Shown in pieces: positions 29,993 through 39,669 of a stretch of 64,000 bases of DNA (position 1 is the stretch's first letter; every line of letters starts with the position of its first letter). The notes beneath the pieces are model-generated. The model saw only the letters and a program-made list of their open reading frames with translations. It did not search any database and had not been told where the DNA came from. The position numbers were made by a program, and so were the translations under genes. Location of the stretch: positions 3,522,967-3,586,966 of the forward strand of contig OZ244617.1 in the NCBI GenBank assembly GCA_965218305.1, written 5' to 3'. Source of the DNA: an uncultured Candidatus Binatia bacterium. GTDB taxonomy: Bacteria > Desulfobacterota > Binatia > UBA9968 > JAJDTQ01.

Positions 29993-31024
29993 TCAAAGGT
30001 GGTAAAGCGCCCGCGCGTTCCCGCCCGTGATCTTGGCGGCGACCTCCGGGCTCAGGCGCGGGTCGTCGGCGACGCCGTCCAGGGCCAGCAGCTCGGTGGC
30101 GCTGTCGGCGTGGCCGTAGTCGGTGCCCACTACCAGGTGGTCTTCGCCGGCGGTGTCGATGACGTAGGGCAGGTCGTCGTTGGTCTCGCAACCGACCCAG
30201 ATCCGGTTCTGGGCCAGCAACTCCTTCTTGTTGAAGTCCTTGCCCGCCATGTGGTGGCGCTTGTACAGGTCGCTCATCGCGTAGGGCAGCCACTGGGAGC
30301 CCACCTCCAGGAACGCCATCTTGAGATTCGGGAACCGCTCCGGGATCTTGTCCATGATGATGGTGTGGAACGCCCCCACCACCACTAGCTTGAACTTCGA
30401 GAAGCCCACGGTCTCGTACTTGTAGTAGTCGTAAAGCACGGAGCTGCCGTTGGAGGAGTGGATGCACGCCGGGATGTCGAGCCTGCTGGCGGCGTCGTAG
30501 ACCGGATAGAAGTGGGGATCGCTCAGCAGCCGCTCGCCCTCGGAGCCGCGCATGTAGATGCCCACCGCGCCGTTCTCCTTGGCCAGCCGGGCCTCCTCGT
30601 ACACCTGGTCCGTGTCGAGCAGCGGCACCACCGCCACCCAGCGCAGGCGGTTGTCGGACTGTTTCCAGCACTCGCCCATCCAGCGGTTGTAGCTGCGGCA
30701 CAACGCCAGCTCGATCTCGGGCCGGGGCGTCAGCGGGATGATGAAGATGGTGGGAAAGATGACCTGGATGTCCACCTTGAGCTCGTCCATGTGCTTGAGC
30801 CGCACCGCCACGTCCCGGAGCTCGCGTGACTCCAGCGGCGTGTCCTTGCCGACGTTGCGGGACTTGAGCCGCAGCGTCCCGTCCACCAGCCAGTACTCGT
30901 CCATGGCTCCGGAGCCGTTGAGGGTGCCGACGATCTCGGGACGGTACTTGTGGTCGGCGCCGTCCATGAATTCCCAGGTCTCTTCGGTTTCCAGGACGTG
31001 TGCGTCCGCATCAATTCTCAGCAT
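29993..31024 (-). CDS. amidohydrolase_2-family protein (tandem copy B)
   Basis: Same length (343 aa) as copy A, with long identical stretches. Confidence 0.95.
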   Translation of the reverse strand: MLRIDADAHVLETEETWEFMDGADHKYRPEIVGTLNGSGAMDEYWLVDGTLRLKSRNVGKDTPLESRELRDVAVRLKHMDELKVDIQVIFPTIFIIPLTPRPEIELALCRSYNRWMGECWKQSDNRLRWVAVVPLLDTDQVYEEARLAKENGAVGIYMRGSEGERLLSDPHFYPVYDAASRLDIPACIHSSNGSSVLYDYYKYETVGFSKFKLVVVGAFHTIIMDKIPERFPNLKMAFLEVGSQWLPYAMSDLYKRHHMAGKDFNKKELLAQNRIWVGCETNDDLPYVIDTAGEDHLVVGTDYGHADSATELLALDGVADDPRLSPEVAAKITGGNARALYHL

Positions 31025-31133
31025 TTGCCGGCTCCTTTACGGGTAGTACGGGACAGGTGTCCGCTAGCCGTGTGCTGTATCCGAAGTCGGGGTATGAATC
31101 AACGGGTAGTGCGTCAGTTTGGCCACGTGAACG

Positions 31134-31445
31134 TCAACAGTCGTCGCGTGCCTCATCGGCGGTGGTCAGCTCGATAATGGACTTTTCGCTTTCGGTTCTT
31201 TCGGATCTACGAGAGGTCACGCGAAGCGCCACGCAGAGCACCAACCACGCCAAGGCGCAAATGATCAGCGGAAACAGTAAGGGGGGATCAGATGCGACGG
31301 GAGGTTTCAAGCCAAAGGCCGAAGGCCACTCTGAGAGAAGCATGTGGCTCCAGAAATAGAATCCATAGTACGCGACGGTGCCAAGAGTGACGTTCGCAAG
31401 AATCATTCCCAGGGCAACGGCAAGAATCAATTGGGGCATCCGCAT
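31134..31445 (-). CDS. small predicted two-TM membrane protein in a direct-repeat-flanked insert
   Basis: Two hydrophobic segments and an acidic tail; lies between AATCAACGG copies at 31097-31105 and 31535-31543. Confidence 0.55.
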   Translation of the reverse strand: MRMPQLILAVALGMILANVTLGTVAYYGFYFWSHMLLSEWPSAFGLKPPVASDPPLLFPLIICALAWLVLCVALRVTSRRSERTESEKSIIELTTADEARDDC

Positions 31446-31536
31446 GGCCCTTTCCCTATGCGACCGAGTCCATCAGGCCGTAGCGGCTTCTCGTTCCCCG
31501 GCCCCACCGTTGAAACGATGTAGGCAGATCACACAA

Positions 31537-32352
31537 TCAACGGCCCTTCCACACCGGCGGCCGCTTTTCGACGAAGGCCCGCGGCCCTTCCTTGCAGTCT
31601 TCGGTGGTGAGGACCAGGGCGGCGAGATCGGACTCCAAGCGCAGCGCCTGGTCCAGCGGCAGGCCCTCGCCCTTGCGGACGGATTCCTTGATGTACCGGA
31701 GGGCCAGTGGCGCGCCCTTGGCGAAGGACGCCGCCATCTCCTCGCCGGCGCGGGTCAGCTCGTCCGCGGGTACCAGCTTGTTGACGAGCCCGATACGGTA
31801 CGCTTCCTGAGCGTCCACCAGCGCCCCGGACAGGCACATCTCCATAGCCTTGGCAGCGCCCACGAGGCGGGCGAGTCGTTGCGTCCCGCCCGATGCCGGC
31901 ATGAAGCCGAGCCGAACCTCGGTCACGCCCATCCGGGCGTTCTCCGCGGCGATGCGGATGTCGCAGGCCATGGCGATCAACAGGCCGGCTCCGACAACGT
32001 AGCCGTGCAACAGCGCGATGGTAGGCTTCTGCACCAAGGCCGCGGCGTCGATGGGCGAATGGACGCCCGGAGCCTGCTTTGCCTGCCGGGCCTCCAGCGG
32101 AGAGACCGAGACCGCTGCCGGTTCGGTGTTGCGGCTGGCCCGCTCCTTGATGTCGCCGCCCACGGAAAATGCTTTTTCACCGGCGCCCCGAAAGAGAACC
32201 ACCTGGACGTCCTTGTCTGCTTGCGCCCGGTTGCAGAGATCCATCATGCGCTGCCGCATGTCCTCGTTGATGGCGTTCATCGCCTCGGGCCGGTTCAGCG
32301 TGATCCACGCCGTCTGCTCTCTGACCTCGTACAGGACAGTGTCGTTGTTCAT
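31537..32352 (-). CDS. enoyl-CoA hydratase/isomerase family protein
   Basis: ITLNRPEAMNA, AFSVGGDI, MACDIRIAA, EVRLGFMPASGG. Confidence 0.95.
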   Translation of the reverse strand: MNNDTVLYEVREQTAWITLNRPEAMNAINEDMRQRMMDLCNRAQADKDVQVVLFRGAGEKAFSVGGDIKERASRNTEPAAVSVSPLEARQAKQAPGVHSPIDAAALVQKPTIALLHGYVVGAGLLIAMACDIRIAAENARMGVTEVRLGFMPASGGTQRLARLVGAAKAMEMCLSGALVDAQEAYRIGLVNKLVPADELTRAGEEMAASFAKGAPLALRYIKESVRKGEGLPLDQALRLESDLAALVLTTEDCKEGPRAFVEKRPPVWKGR

Positions 32353-32378
32353 CAGCTTAGCCTCCACCCCGCCTCCCC

Positions 32379-32406
32379 TGGATCCCGGGTCAAGCCCGGG
32401 ATGACG
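32379..32406. repeat. REP family A copy
   Basis: TGGATCCCGGGTCAAGCCCGGGATGACG. Confidence 0.85.
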
Positions 32407-32420
32407 GAAGGCTCTAGACA

Positions 32421-33410
32421 CTACACGAGCCGGTAAACCTGTGCGGCGGTGTCGTGGAACAGCGCCGCGCGTTCCGTGTCGGAGTAGCCCCGGGACATGA
32501 TCTTGAAGGCGTTCCACACCGACACATAGGAATAGGATACCCGGTCCACCGGGAAATTGCTTTCGAACATACAGCGGCCGGCGCCGAACTTCTCGATGCA
32601 GAATTCGAAGTAGGGCCGCATGGCCTCGGCCAGCTCGGCGGAGCCGGGCTTCGGCTCGCGCGTGTGCCAGTCGTAACCCGAGCGCAGCGAGCCGACGCCG
32701 CCCAGCTTCAACACCACGTTGGGGCACGAGGACAGCGCGGTGATGTCGGCGCTCCAGGCCTGGAACACCTCGTTGCGCCGGCCCTCGTAGGGTCCCAGCC
32801 CCAGGGGTCCGCCGATGTGATCGAGAATGATGGGCACGTCGGGGAAAGCCCGCGCCAGCTCCACCAGCTCCGGTATCTGGGGGTGATAGAGCCAGGCATC
32901 GAAGCTCAGCCCGAGGGGTTGCAGGCATGCGAAGCCCTTGCGGACGGCGTTGTCCCGGAGCAGGCCGGGCCGTGGCACGCTGCGGAACGAGTCCGAGGCG
33001 TCCCACATGGTGGAATAGCGGATGCCGCGCAAGCGGGTGGGGCTCGCCTCCAGGTGTGCTTCCAGGACCGCGGCCACGGCGTCGGCGAGGGTCAGGTCGG
33101 CATAGGCCACGATGGCGGCCGCCACCGCGGTGTCGTTGCCTGCCCGCGAATTCTCGGCCGCGATACTCTCCAGAAACTCCGTTTCTCCAACCGGCCGCAA
33201 CTCCGGCGGCCCGCCGTCCCGGTACATGGCCCCGCATTCCACGGCCACGCTCGATACGATGCGATAGCCGCCCGAGGCGTCGCGCAGGAAGTCGTCCAGC
33301 AGGTAAGGGTTGTTGGGACGCCGCCACAGGTGGTGGTGCGGGTCGCAGATGGCGAGGCCGGGTTCCAGTGGATCCTCGTCAGTCGTGGTCGGATCGGTCA
33401 CCGTCGCCAC
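32421..33410 (-). CDS. amidohydrolase-family protein (lactonase-like group)
   Basis: ICDPHHHLW, GIRY, SFDAWLYHPQ, ILDHIG, MFESNFP. Confidence 0.93.
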   Translation of the reverse strand: MATVTDPTTTDEDPLEPGLAICDPHHHLWRRPNNPYLLDDFLRDASGGYRIVSSVAVECGAMYRDGGPPELRPVGETEFLESIAAENSRAGNDTAVAAAIVAYADLTLADAVAAVLEAHLEASPTRLRGIRYSTMWDASDSFRSVPRPGLLRDNAVRKGFACLQPLGLSFDAWLYHPQIPELVELARAFPDVPIILDHIGGPLGLGPYEGRRNEVFQAWSADITALSSCPNVVLKLGGVGSLRSGYDWHTREPKPGSAELAEAMRPYFEFCIEKFGAGRCMFESNFPVDRVSYSYVSVWNAFKIMSRGYSDTERAALFHDTAAQVYRLV

Positions 33411-33456
33411 CCGCCGCTCACACCTGTTCTCATGACCCCTCCAAGTTCCGTGTTTC

Positions 33457-33561
33457 CGTAGGTCGGATTAGCGAAGCGTAATCCGACAACTCGTCGTTCT
33501 TGCGGTCCCGGCATGCCGGATTGTTTTGATGTCGGATTACGCTTCGCTAATCCGACCTACG
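33457..33561. repeat. REP family B (GTAG-type) inverted doublet / REPIN
   Basis: CGTAGGTCGGATTAGCGAAGCGTAATCCGACA (33457-33488) and its exact reverse complement (33530-33561). Confidence 0.92.
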
Positions 33562-33655
33562 GTCTCTGCCGTGCCGGTGCTCGCACTGCACCGCCGGGTT
33601 TGGTACACAGGGTTTTGCCTTCGACGGACGAGCCGATTCCGGCTGAGGAGGTCGT

Positions 33656-34912
33656 GTGGATTTCGAGCTGGCCCATTACCCTGTCCGGTCCCTTTCCTGG
33701 GGCGCCAACACCGAATATCGGGAGGGCGAACTCATTGTCAACCGCGAAGCGCTACGCGCCGAGTTGCTGACGGAACCGCTCATCGACGATGTGGAGCTGA
33801 GCATCGTGCGGCCCGGGGAGCGTACTCGGGTCCTCCACGTGGCGGACATCGTCGAGCCGCGCTGGAAGGACCCGGAGCGCGGCGGCGCGTTCCCCGGCAG
33901 CCTGGGACCCTTGTACCAGTGCGGCCTCGGCCGAACTCATGCGCTGGACGGCGTGGCCGTGGTTACGTCCGGCTCCCTCCCGAGATCCGAGGAGGCCATC
34001 ATCGACATGTGCGGCCGCGGCAGCGAGTTGAGCCGGTTCGGCCGCATGCCCGGTCTGGTGGTCCTGCCCATCCCGCGGGAGGGATCCGACCCCGGTCAAT
34101 TCGGCCTTGCCCTCATGCGCGCGGGGCTTCGGACGGCGGTGTTCCTGGCCGAGACGACGAAGTCGGTCGAGCCGGCCCGCACCGAAGCTTTCTCCCTGGA
34201 CCTGGGACGGGGCGCGTCGCGGGACCTGCCGCGTATCGGATACCTCACCTTCGCGTATTCCCACGGGATCGGCCGCCAGAAGCTGTTCTACGGCAAGAGC
34301 ACCAAGGACATCGTGTCCAGCGTGGTGCATCCCAACGAGCTGCTGGACGGGGCGCTGGTGAACGACGGCTATACCAAGCCCACCAAGAACGCCACCCACG
34401 ACATCCTGAACCATCCGATGATCCGCGAGCTTCACCGCCGGCACAACGACGACCTCGTGTTCGCGGGCATGGTGTTGGCCAACCACCACGCCACCTACGA
34501 GGAGAAGGCGGACACGGCCTTTCACGCGGCGCGGCTGCTGAGGCACGTGGTGGGGGCCGAGGCCGTGGTCATCACCAAGGACGGCGGCGGCCAGGCGGAC
34601 GTGGACCTGATGCTGGCCTGCAGGGCCTGCGAGGAGGTGGGCCTGCGCACGGTGCTGGTGGCCAAGGAGGAGTCCGGCGACGACGGCCCGGGGATGGTGG
34701 ACGTTGCGCCCCAGGCGGACGCCATGGTCAGCGTCGGCAACTGCCCCGAGAAGGTCCGTCTCGACGAGTCCATGGACCAGGTCATCGGCGGCGACGCCTT
34801 TCTCGGCGCCATCGAGGGGGACGTGGCCGGCACGGTGGAGATCCCGGTGCAGAACATCATCGGCGCCATCGATCCCATCGGCGGGTCCACGCTGATGGCC
34901 CGCGCGGGGTAG
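33656..34912 (+). CDS. glycine/sarcosine/betaine reductase component B proprotein-like subunit (GrdE/GrdG/GrdI family)
   Basis: IVRPGERTRVLHVADIVEPRWK, GRTHALDGVAVV, HPNELLDGA, DAMVSVGN; directly upstream of the selenoprotein B gene. Confidence 0.88.
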   Translation: MDFELAHYPVRSLSWGANTEYREGELIVNREALRAELLTEPLIDDVELSIVRPGERTRVLHVADIVEPRWKDPERGGAFPGSLGPLYQCGLGRTHALDGVAVVTSGSLPRSEEAIIDMCGRGSELSRFGRMPGLVVLPIPREGSDPGQFGLALMRAGLRTAVFLAETTKSVEPARTEAFSLDLGRGASRDLPRIGYLTFAYSHGIGRQKLFYGKSTKDIVSSVVHPNELLDGALVNDGYTKPTKNATHDILNHPMIRELHRRHNDDLVFAGMVLANHHATYEEKADTAFHAARLLRHVVGAEAVVITKDGGGQADVDLMLACRACEEVGLRTVLVAKEESGDDGPGMVDVAPQADAMVSVGNCPEKVRLDESMDQVIGGDAFLGAIEGDVAGTVEIPVQNIIGAIDPIGGSTLMARAG

Positions 34913-34921
34913 GGAGGCAAG

Positions 34922-36208
34922 ATGAAACGAATCGTCCACTACGTGAACCAGTTCTTCGCCGGCCTCGGCGGCGAGGAAAGCGCCGGTCTCGCGCCCGGCC
35001 ATCTGGAAGGCGCGACCGGGCCGGGCAGGCTGTTGCAAACGTTACTGGGGGAGAGTGCCGGCATTGTCACGACGGTCTACTGCGGCGACGATCACTTCTC
35101 CGAGAACGAGGATGAGGCGACAGCCCGGCTGCTGGAGCTGATGACGGCGGCCAAGCCCGACCTGCTGTTCGCCGGCCCGGCCTTTGGCTCGGGCCGCTAC
35201 GGCCTAGCCTGCGCGGCGGTGTGCCGGGCGGCGAGTGCCGAGCTCGGCGTCCCGGTCCTGACCGCCATGGCGCTGTCCAACCCCGGCGCCGACTTGATCC
35301 GGCGCGAGCTTCCGGTGGTCCGCACCGGAGAGTCGTCGGGCGACATGCGCGCCGCCCTCGAGTGCTCGGCCGGTCTGATCGCGAGGATCCTGACCGGCGA
35401 GGCCGTGGCGCCAGGCAGCGAGGAGGGCCTGATCCGCGGCGGCCGTTGGAACACGCGCGCGTCCAGGCGGGCCGCCGAGCGGGCCGTGGACCTGCTTCTG
35501 GCCAAGCTCGCCGGTGGTCCCATGGAAACGGAGATCCCGCTGCCGGCCCTCGAGGAGGTCGCGCCGGCGCCCGGGATCTGCGACCTCAGGTACGCCAAGG
35601 TGGCGCTGGTCACCACCGGCGGTCTCGTGCCACGGGGCAATCCGGATGGGATCAAGTCGTACCTGTCCACTCACTTCGGGGTCTACGGGCTGGAGAGCAA
35701 GGAGCACCTCACCGCGGACGAGTTCGAGTCGGTGCACGGCGGCTTTTTCACCGCCGCGGTGAACGACGACCCCAACCGGCTCATTCCCCTGGACGTGCTG
35801 CGGGAGGCGGTTCGGGAAGGATTCCTGGGGGCGCTGCACGAACGCTTCTATTCCACCACGGGCAACGGCACGCCCATCGAGACCGCGGCCAGCATGGCCC
35901 GGGACATCGCGGCATCGCTGGAGGAGGACGGCGTCGACGGCGTCATCCTCACCTCTGCCTGAGGCACCTGCACTCGCTGCGGCGCAGCGATGGCAAAGGA
36001 ACTGGAAAGAGGCGGCATCCCGACGGTGCACGTGACCAATCTCGTTTCGGTGTCGGAGAACACCGGGGCCAAGCGGATCCTGTCCGGACGGGCGATTCCG
36101 CACGTGTTCGGCGATCCCTCACTTGGCGCGGACGAGGAGCGTCAGCTCCGGCGGCGGTTGGTGGAGCAGGCACTGGAGATGTTGAAGGAGGAGGAGGGGG
36201 CGGCGTGA
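34922..36208 (+). CDS. glycine/sarcosine/betaine reductase selenoprotein B (GrdB/GrdF/GrdH family), Sec at TGA 35960-35962
   Basis: VHYVNQFFAGLGGEE N-terminus; GVILTSA-TGA-GTCTRCGA (UxxCxxC) continues in frame as MAKELERGGIPTVH...IPHVFGDP. Confidence 0.92.
35963..35992 (+). promoter_or_regulatory. bacterial SECIS element
   Basis: 11 nt after the UGA comes a 17-nt hairpin TCGCTGC-GGC-GCAGCGA (35974-35990), the same geometry as the E. coli fdhF SECIS. Confidence 0.75.
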
Positions 36209-36244
36209 TCGTCCGGATTGTCCGGTGTTTTTTCCGGGGGGTCC

Positions 36245-36277
36245 TTGACATGCTGGCCGTAAAGTCGGTTAATCGCA
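36245..36277 (+). promoter_or_regulatory. putative sigma70 promoter of tctC1
   Basis: TTGACA-N17-GTTAAT; AGTCGGTTAATCGCAC is shared with the tctC2 upstream region. Confidence 0.55.
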
Positions 36278-36303
36278 CGATCAAAAGCGAGAGGAGGCAT
36301 CGC

Positions 36304-37350
36304 ATGGTTAAACGAGTTCTCGTTCTGACGGCAGGGTTGCTGCTCCTGGCGGGCCCGGTATGGGCTGACGCGGTGGCGGACTTCTACAAGGGCAAGACCA
36401 TCCGCATTGTGGTCGGCTATGGTCCGGGCGGCACCACCGACCTCACCACTCGGCTGATCGCGCCGGTTCTGCACAAGTATATTCCCGGGGGACCGCGGAT
36501 CGTGGTCCAGAACAAGTCGGGCGGCGGCAGCATGCTGGCGGCCAATACGGTGTTCAACAACGAGCGCAGGGACGGCACGGTGATGGCGGCCATCAGCAGC
36601 AGCCTCGTGATGAAGCAGGCTCGCGGCGTGGAGGGGATCAGGTTCGATGGCAGAAAGTTCAATTGGGTCTCCAGCGCGTTCCGGGCCAATTCCATGTGCG
36701 CGATCCGGATGGATGCGGGCGTGAGCAGCTTTAGCGAGGCGGTGAAGACCAAGAAGCAGCTCATCATGTCGAGCTTCGACAAGGGCGGCCTTTCCCATCT
36801 CGAGCCGATCATCTTCAACGCCGTGTTCGGCAGCAACTTCAAGGCCGTTACCGGATACCCCAGCGGCGGCGCCCAGCGTCTGGCGGTGAAGAACGGTGAA
36901 GTCAACGGTTTCTGCACGACTTTCCAGACGGCCAAGAGCACCGAGATCGCCATGTTCGAGGGTACGGCGAAGTGTTGCCGGGTCCTCATCATCGCGGGCG
37001 CGACCAAGGAGGATCACCGTCTGCTGAAGGGTGTCCCCGCGGCCGAGGCGTTGGCCAAGGAGCAGGGCAAGAGCGCTGAAGAGCTGGCCATGCTGAGGGC
37101 GATGAACGCCACCAACCAGATCAGCATCGTCCACACGCTCCCGCCCGGAGTGCCGAAGGACCGTGTCGAGGCCATGCGCGATGCATTCGCCAAGGCGTAC
37201 ACCGATCCGCAGGTCAAGGCGCTGGCGGAGAAGCAGAAACGCGATCTGCAGCCCAGGCGGGGCGACAACGTGGCCCAGATCGTCGACGAGTTGCTCAACA
37301 CTCCCAAGTCCATCATGGACAGGTTGAAGGCGCTTATCGCGAAGGGCTGA
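36304..37350 (+). CDS. tctC: tripartite tricarboxylate transporter substrate-binding protein (Bug/TctC)
   Basis: Signal peptide, FYKGKTIRIVVGYGPGGTTD, VQNKSGGG, VTGYPSGG, GEVNG. Confidence 0.92.
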   Translation: MVKRVLVLTAGLLLLAGPVWADAVADFYKGKTIRIVVGYGPGGTTDLTTRLIAPVLHKYIPGGPRIVVQNKSGGGSMLAANTVFNNERRDGTVMAAISSSLVMKQARGVEGIRFDGRKFNWVSSAFRANSMCAIRMDAGVSSFSEAVKTKKQLIMSSFDKGGLSHLEPIIFNAVFGSNFKAVTGYPSGGAQRLAVKNGEVNGFCTTFQTAKSTEIAMFEGTAKCCRVLIIAGATKEDHRLLKGVPAAEALAKEQGKSAEELAMLRAMNATNQISIVHTLPPGVPKDRVEAMRDAFAKAYTDPQVKALAEKQKRDLQPRRGDNVAQIVDELLNTPKSIMDRLKALIAKG

Positions 37351-37493
37351 AGACCGGCGGCGTACCGTCGCGTCAAATCAACCGTGGGTGGTTCCGGGGA
37401 CCGGTTCGCGTCCGCCGCAGGGCGGTCGCGGGCCGGGCTCCCCGGACTCAAACCTGAAGACACAAAACCAACCGTTCTCGTTACCGTAGCGCC

Positions 37494-38999
37494 ATGTTTG
37501 AAGCCTTCGTCACGGGTCTCATCCAGGTATTCGATCAGACCACGTTCCTGCTGATGATGGTGGGTATTGTCCTGGGGTTCATCGTCGGGATCCTGCCCGG
37601 CATCGGCAGCCCCGGCGCGGTGGCCCTCATGCTGCCGTTCATCTTCAGCATGGACCCGGTGCAGGCGTTCGCCTTCCTGCTCGGGATGTACGCGGTCACC
37701 GGCACCACCGGTGACATCACCTCGATCCTGTTCGGCGTGCCCGGGGAGGTGGTGTCCACCGCCACCATCATCGACGGGCATCCCATGGCAAAGAAGGGCG
37801 AGGCCGGCCGCGCGCTGGGCGCGGCGCTCATGAGCTCTCTCGTGGGCGCCATCGTCGGTGCATTCTCCCTGGCCGCCGCCATTCCCATCGTCACCCCGCT
37901 GGTACTGTCCTTCAAGTCACCGGAGTTCTTCTCGCTGGCGATCCTGGGGATCTGCTTTCTCGCGGCGCTGAGCGGCAACAACAGGCTCAAGGGGGTGCTG
38001 GCCGGGGGACTGGGGCTGGTGCTTTCCACCGTCGGCCTGGACTACCAGGAGAACATCGAGCGCTACACCTTTGGCCTGATAAACCTCTGGGAGGGGCTCG
38101 GCCTCATCGCCGCGGCCGTGGGGCTGTTCGCCGTGCCGGAGATCGTGGAGTTGTGGGTCAAGGGCTCCAGCATCGCCGAAGCCAAGGTGGGCAAGCTGGG
38201 GGGCGTGTGGCAGGGGATCAAGGACACCTTCATCCACATCGGCATTACCGTGCGCTGCAGCATGATCGGCACCTTTTTCGGCCTGGTCCCGGGTGTGAGC
38301 GCGGCGCTGTCCCAATGGGTGTCTTACGCCCACGCGGTCCAGAGCTCCAGGGACCGCAGCGGCTTCGGCAAGGGCGACGTCCGCGGCGTCCTGGGACCGG
38401 GGGCGGCCAACAACTCGGGCATCGGCGCGGCCATGATCCCCACCGTGGCCTTCGGCGTGCCCGGCAGTGCCACCACCGCCATCCTGCTGGGCGCCTTCAT
38501 CATCCAGGGGCTGCAACCCGGACCGAAGATGCTGACCGAGCATCTGGCCCTGACCTTCTCGTTCGTCTGGCTCATCGTCATCTCGAATATCATCACCGTC
38601 GCGTTTTGCCTGCTGTTCCTGAACCAGTTGGCGAAGATCACCCAGATACGCGGGTCGCTGCTGATTCCCGCGCTGTTCATGCTCATCTACCTGGCGGGTT
38701 TCGCCAACACCAACTCCTACTTCGCCATGACCACCACCCTGGCGTTCGGGGTTGCCGGCGTGATCATGGTGAGCCACGGCTGGCCCCGTCCGCCGCTGGT
38801 GCTGGGTCTGGTGCTCGGGCCCCTGGTGGAGCGGAACCTGTTCATCTCGTACGAGATCTACGGGCTCTGGTTCTTTTTCAGGCCCATCGTCATGGTGACC
38901 TTCGGGATTGCCCTTGTCGTGATCTTCCTGCCCGGGCTGCAGGACTGGATGGCGAAGCGGGCTCAGCCCAAGGAGGTGGCGGGTGCGGAACCGGACTGA
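37494..38999 (+). CDS. tctA: tripartite tricarboxylate transporter large membrane subunit
   Basis: GILPGIG, ILFGVPG...TIIDGHPMAKKG, AANN, FGVPGS, GLQPGP. Confidence 0.95.
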   Translation: MFEAFVTGLIQVFDQTTFLLMMVGIVLGFIVGILPGIGSPGAVALMLPFIFSMDPVQAFAFLLGMYAVTGTTGDITSILFGVPGEVVSTATIIDGHPMAKKGEAGRALGAALMSSLVGAIVGAFSLAAAIPIVTPLVLSFKSPEFFSLAILGICFLAALSGNNRLKGVLAGGLGLVLSTVGLDYQENIERYTFGLINLWEGLGLIAAAVGLFAVPEIVELWVKGSSIAEAKVGKLGGVWQGIKDTFIHIGITVRCSMIGTFFGLVPGVSAALSQWVSYAHAVQSSRDRSGFGKGDVRGVLGPGAANNSGIGAAMIPTVAFGVPGSATTAILLGAFIIQGLQPGPKMLTEHLALTFSFVWLIVISNIITVAFCLLFLNQLAKITQIRGSLLIPALFMLIYLAGFANTNSYFAMTTTLAFGVAGVIMVSHGWPRPPLVLGLVLGPLVERNLFISYEIYGLWFFFRPIVMVTFGIALVVIFLPGLQDWMAKRAQPKEVAGAEPD

Positions 39000-39540
39000 C
39001 ATCGTCATCGGCGTGTTGCTGGTGGTGCTCCTCGCCTGGGCGGTGTGGGAAGCGCAGGACTGGCCGGTCCGCACGCGGTTCTTCCCTCTCGCCATCGGTT
39101 ATCCGATGCTGGCCCTGGCGGTGATCTTTCTCGTCTACAGCCTGTGGCTCGGACTCCGGCCGGCCGGACCCGGGCAGGGTCTGGAAGAACCCGAGCCCGC
39201 GGCGGAGGCCGGACCCCCTCTCGAACCAGCCGTGGTGCGCCGGCGCACGCTTGAGATCGCCGTCTGGGCCGTGGCCTTCGCGATGGGCCTGTGGCTCCTG
39301 GGATTCAAGGTGGGCGGGCTGGTCATCCCCCTGGTCTTCCTCCGGTTCCAGGCCCACGAGCCCTGGGGCACCAGCATCCTGTACAGCCTTGGCGTTTACC
39401 TGTTCTTCTGGGGCGGCCTGGAGCGGGCCCTCTCGTTTCCCCTGCCCGGCGGCCGCATCGCCTACGGCCTCGGCCTCTATTCCTTCGACTCCTACCTGAC
39501 GGACCCGATTCTGGACGCGATTCTGAACCTGTTTGAGTGA
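38983..39540 (+). CDS. tctB: tripartite tricarboxylate transporter small membrane subunit
   Basis: Four-TM protein overlapping tctA; FFPLAIG...LGF...F..LPGG. Confidence 0.88.
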   Translation: MRNRTDIVIGVLLVVLLAWAVWEAQDWPVRTRFFPLAIGYPMLALAVIFLVYSLWLGLRPAGPGQGLEEPEPAAEAGPPLEPAVVRRRTLEIAVWAVAFAMGLWLLGFKVGGLVIPLVFLRFQAHEPWGTSILYSLGVYLFFWGGLERALSFPLPGGRIAYGLGLYSFDSYLTDPILDAILNLFE

Positions 39541-39614
39541 GGATTCCCGTTTGGGACACACGGGTAGCCGTTGTCTGGCCTACTACTGACACGTGCGCCT
39601 TGGCTCACCACGTC

Positions 39615-39649
39615 TTGACAAGCGAGCGAGAATAGTCGGTTAATCGCAC
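39615..39649 (+). promoter_or_regulatory. putative sigma70 promoter of tctC2
   Basis: TTGACA-N18-GTTAAT with the same AGTCGGTTAATCGCAC core. Confidence 0.55.
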
Positions 39650-39669
39650 CACCGAAAAGGAGGTGCCTT

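Noticed and set aside
31106-31534. Integron gene cassette
   Set aside because: The repeat does not fit the GTTRRRY core, and I found no attC-like imperfect palindrome or integron integrase.
33526-33561. Identical N-termini MSDYASLIRPT in ORFs starting at 33526-33529 (+) and 62192 (-) as a shared leader peptide
   Set aside because: Both are translations of the same REP family B sequence, not real starts.
35221-36303. 709-aa ORF 35221-37350 as a large TctC fusion
   Set aside because: The first 361 codons overlap the selenoprotein gene in another frame; the real start is ATG 36304 with a signal peptide and GGAGG RBS.
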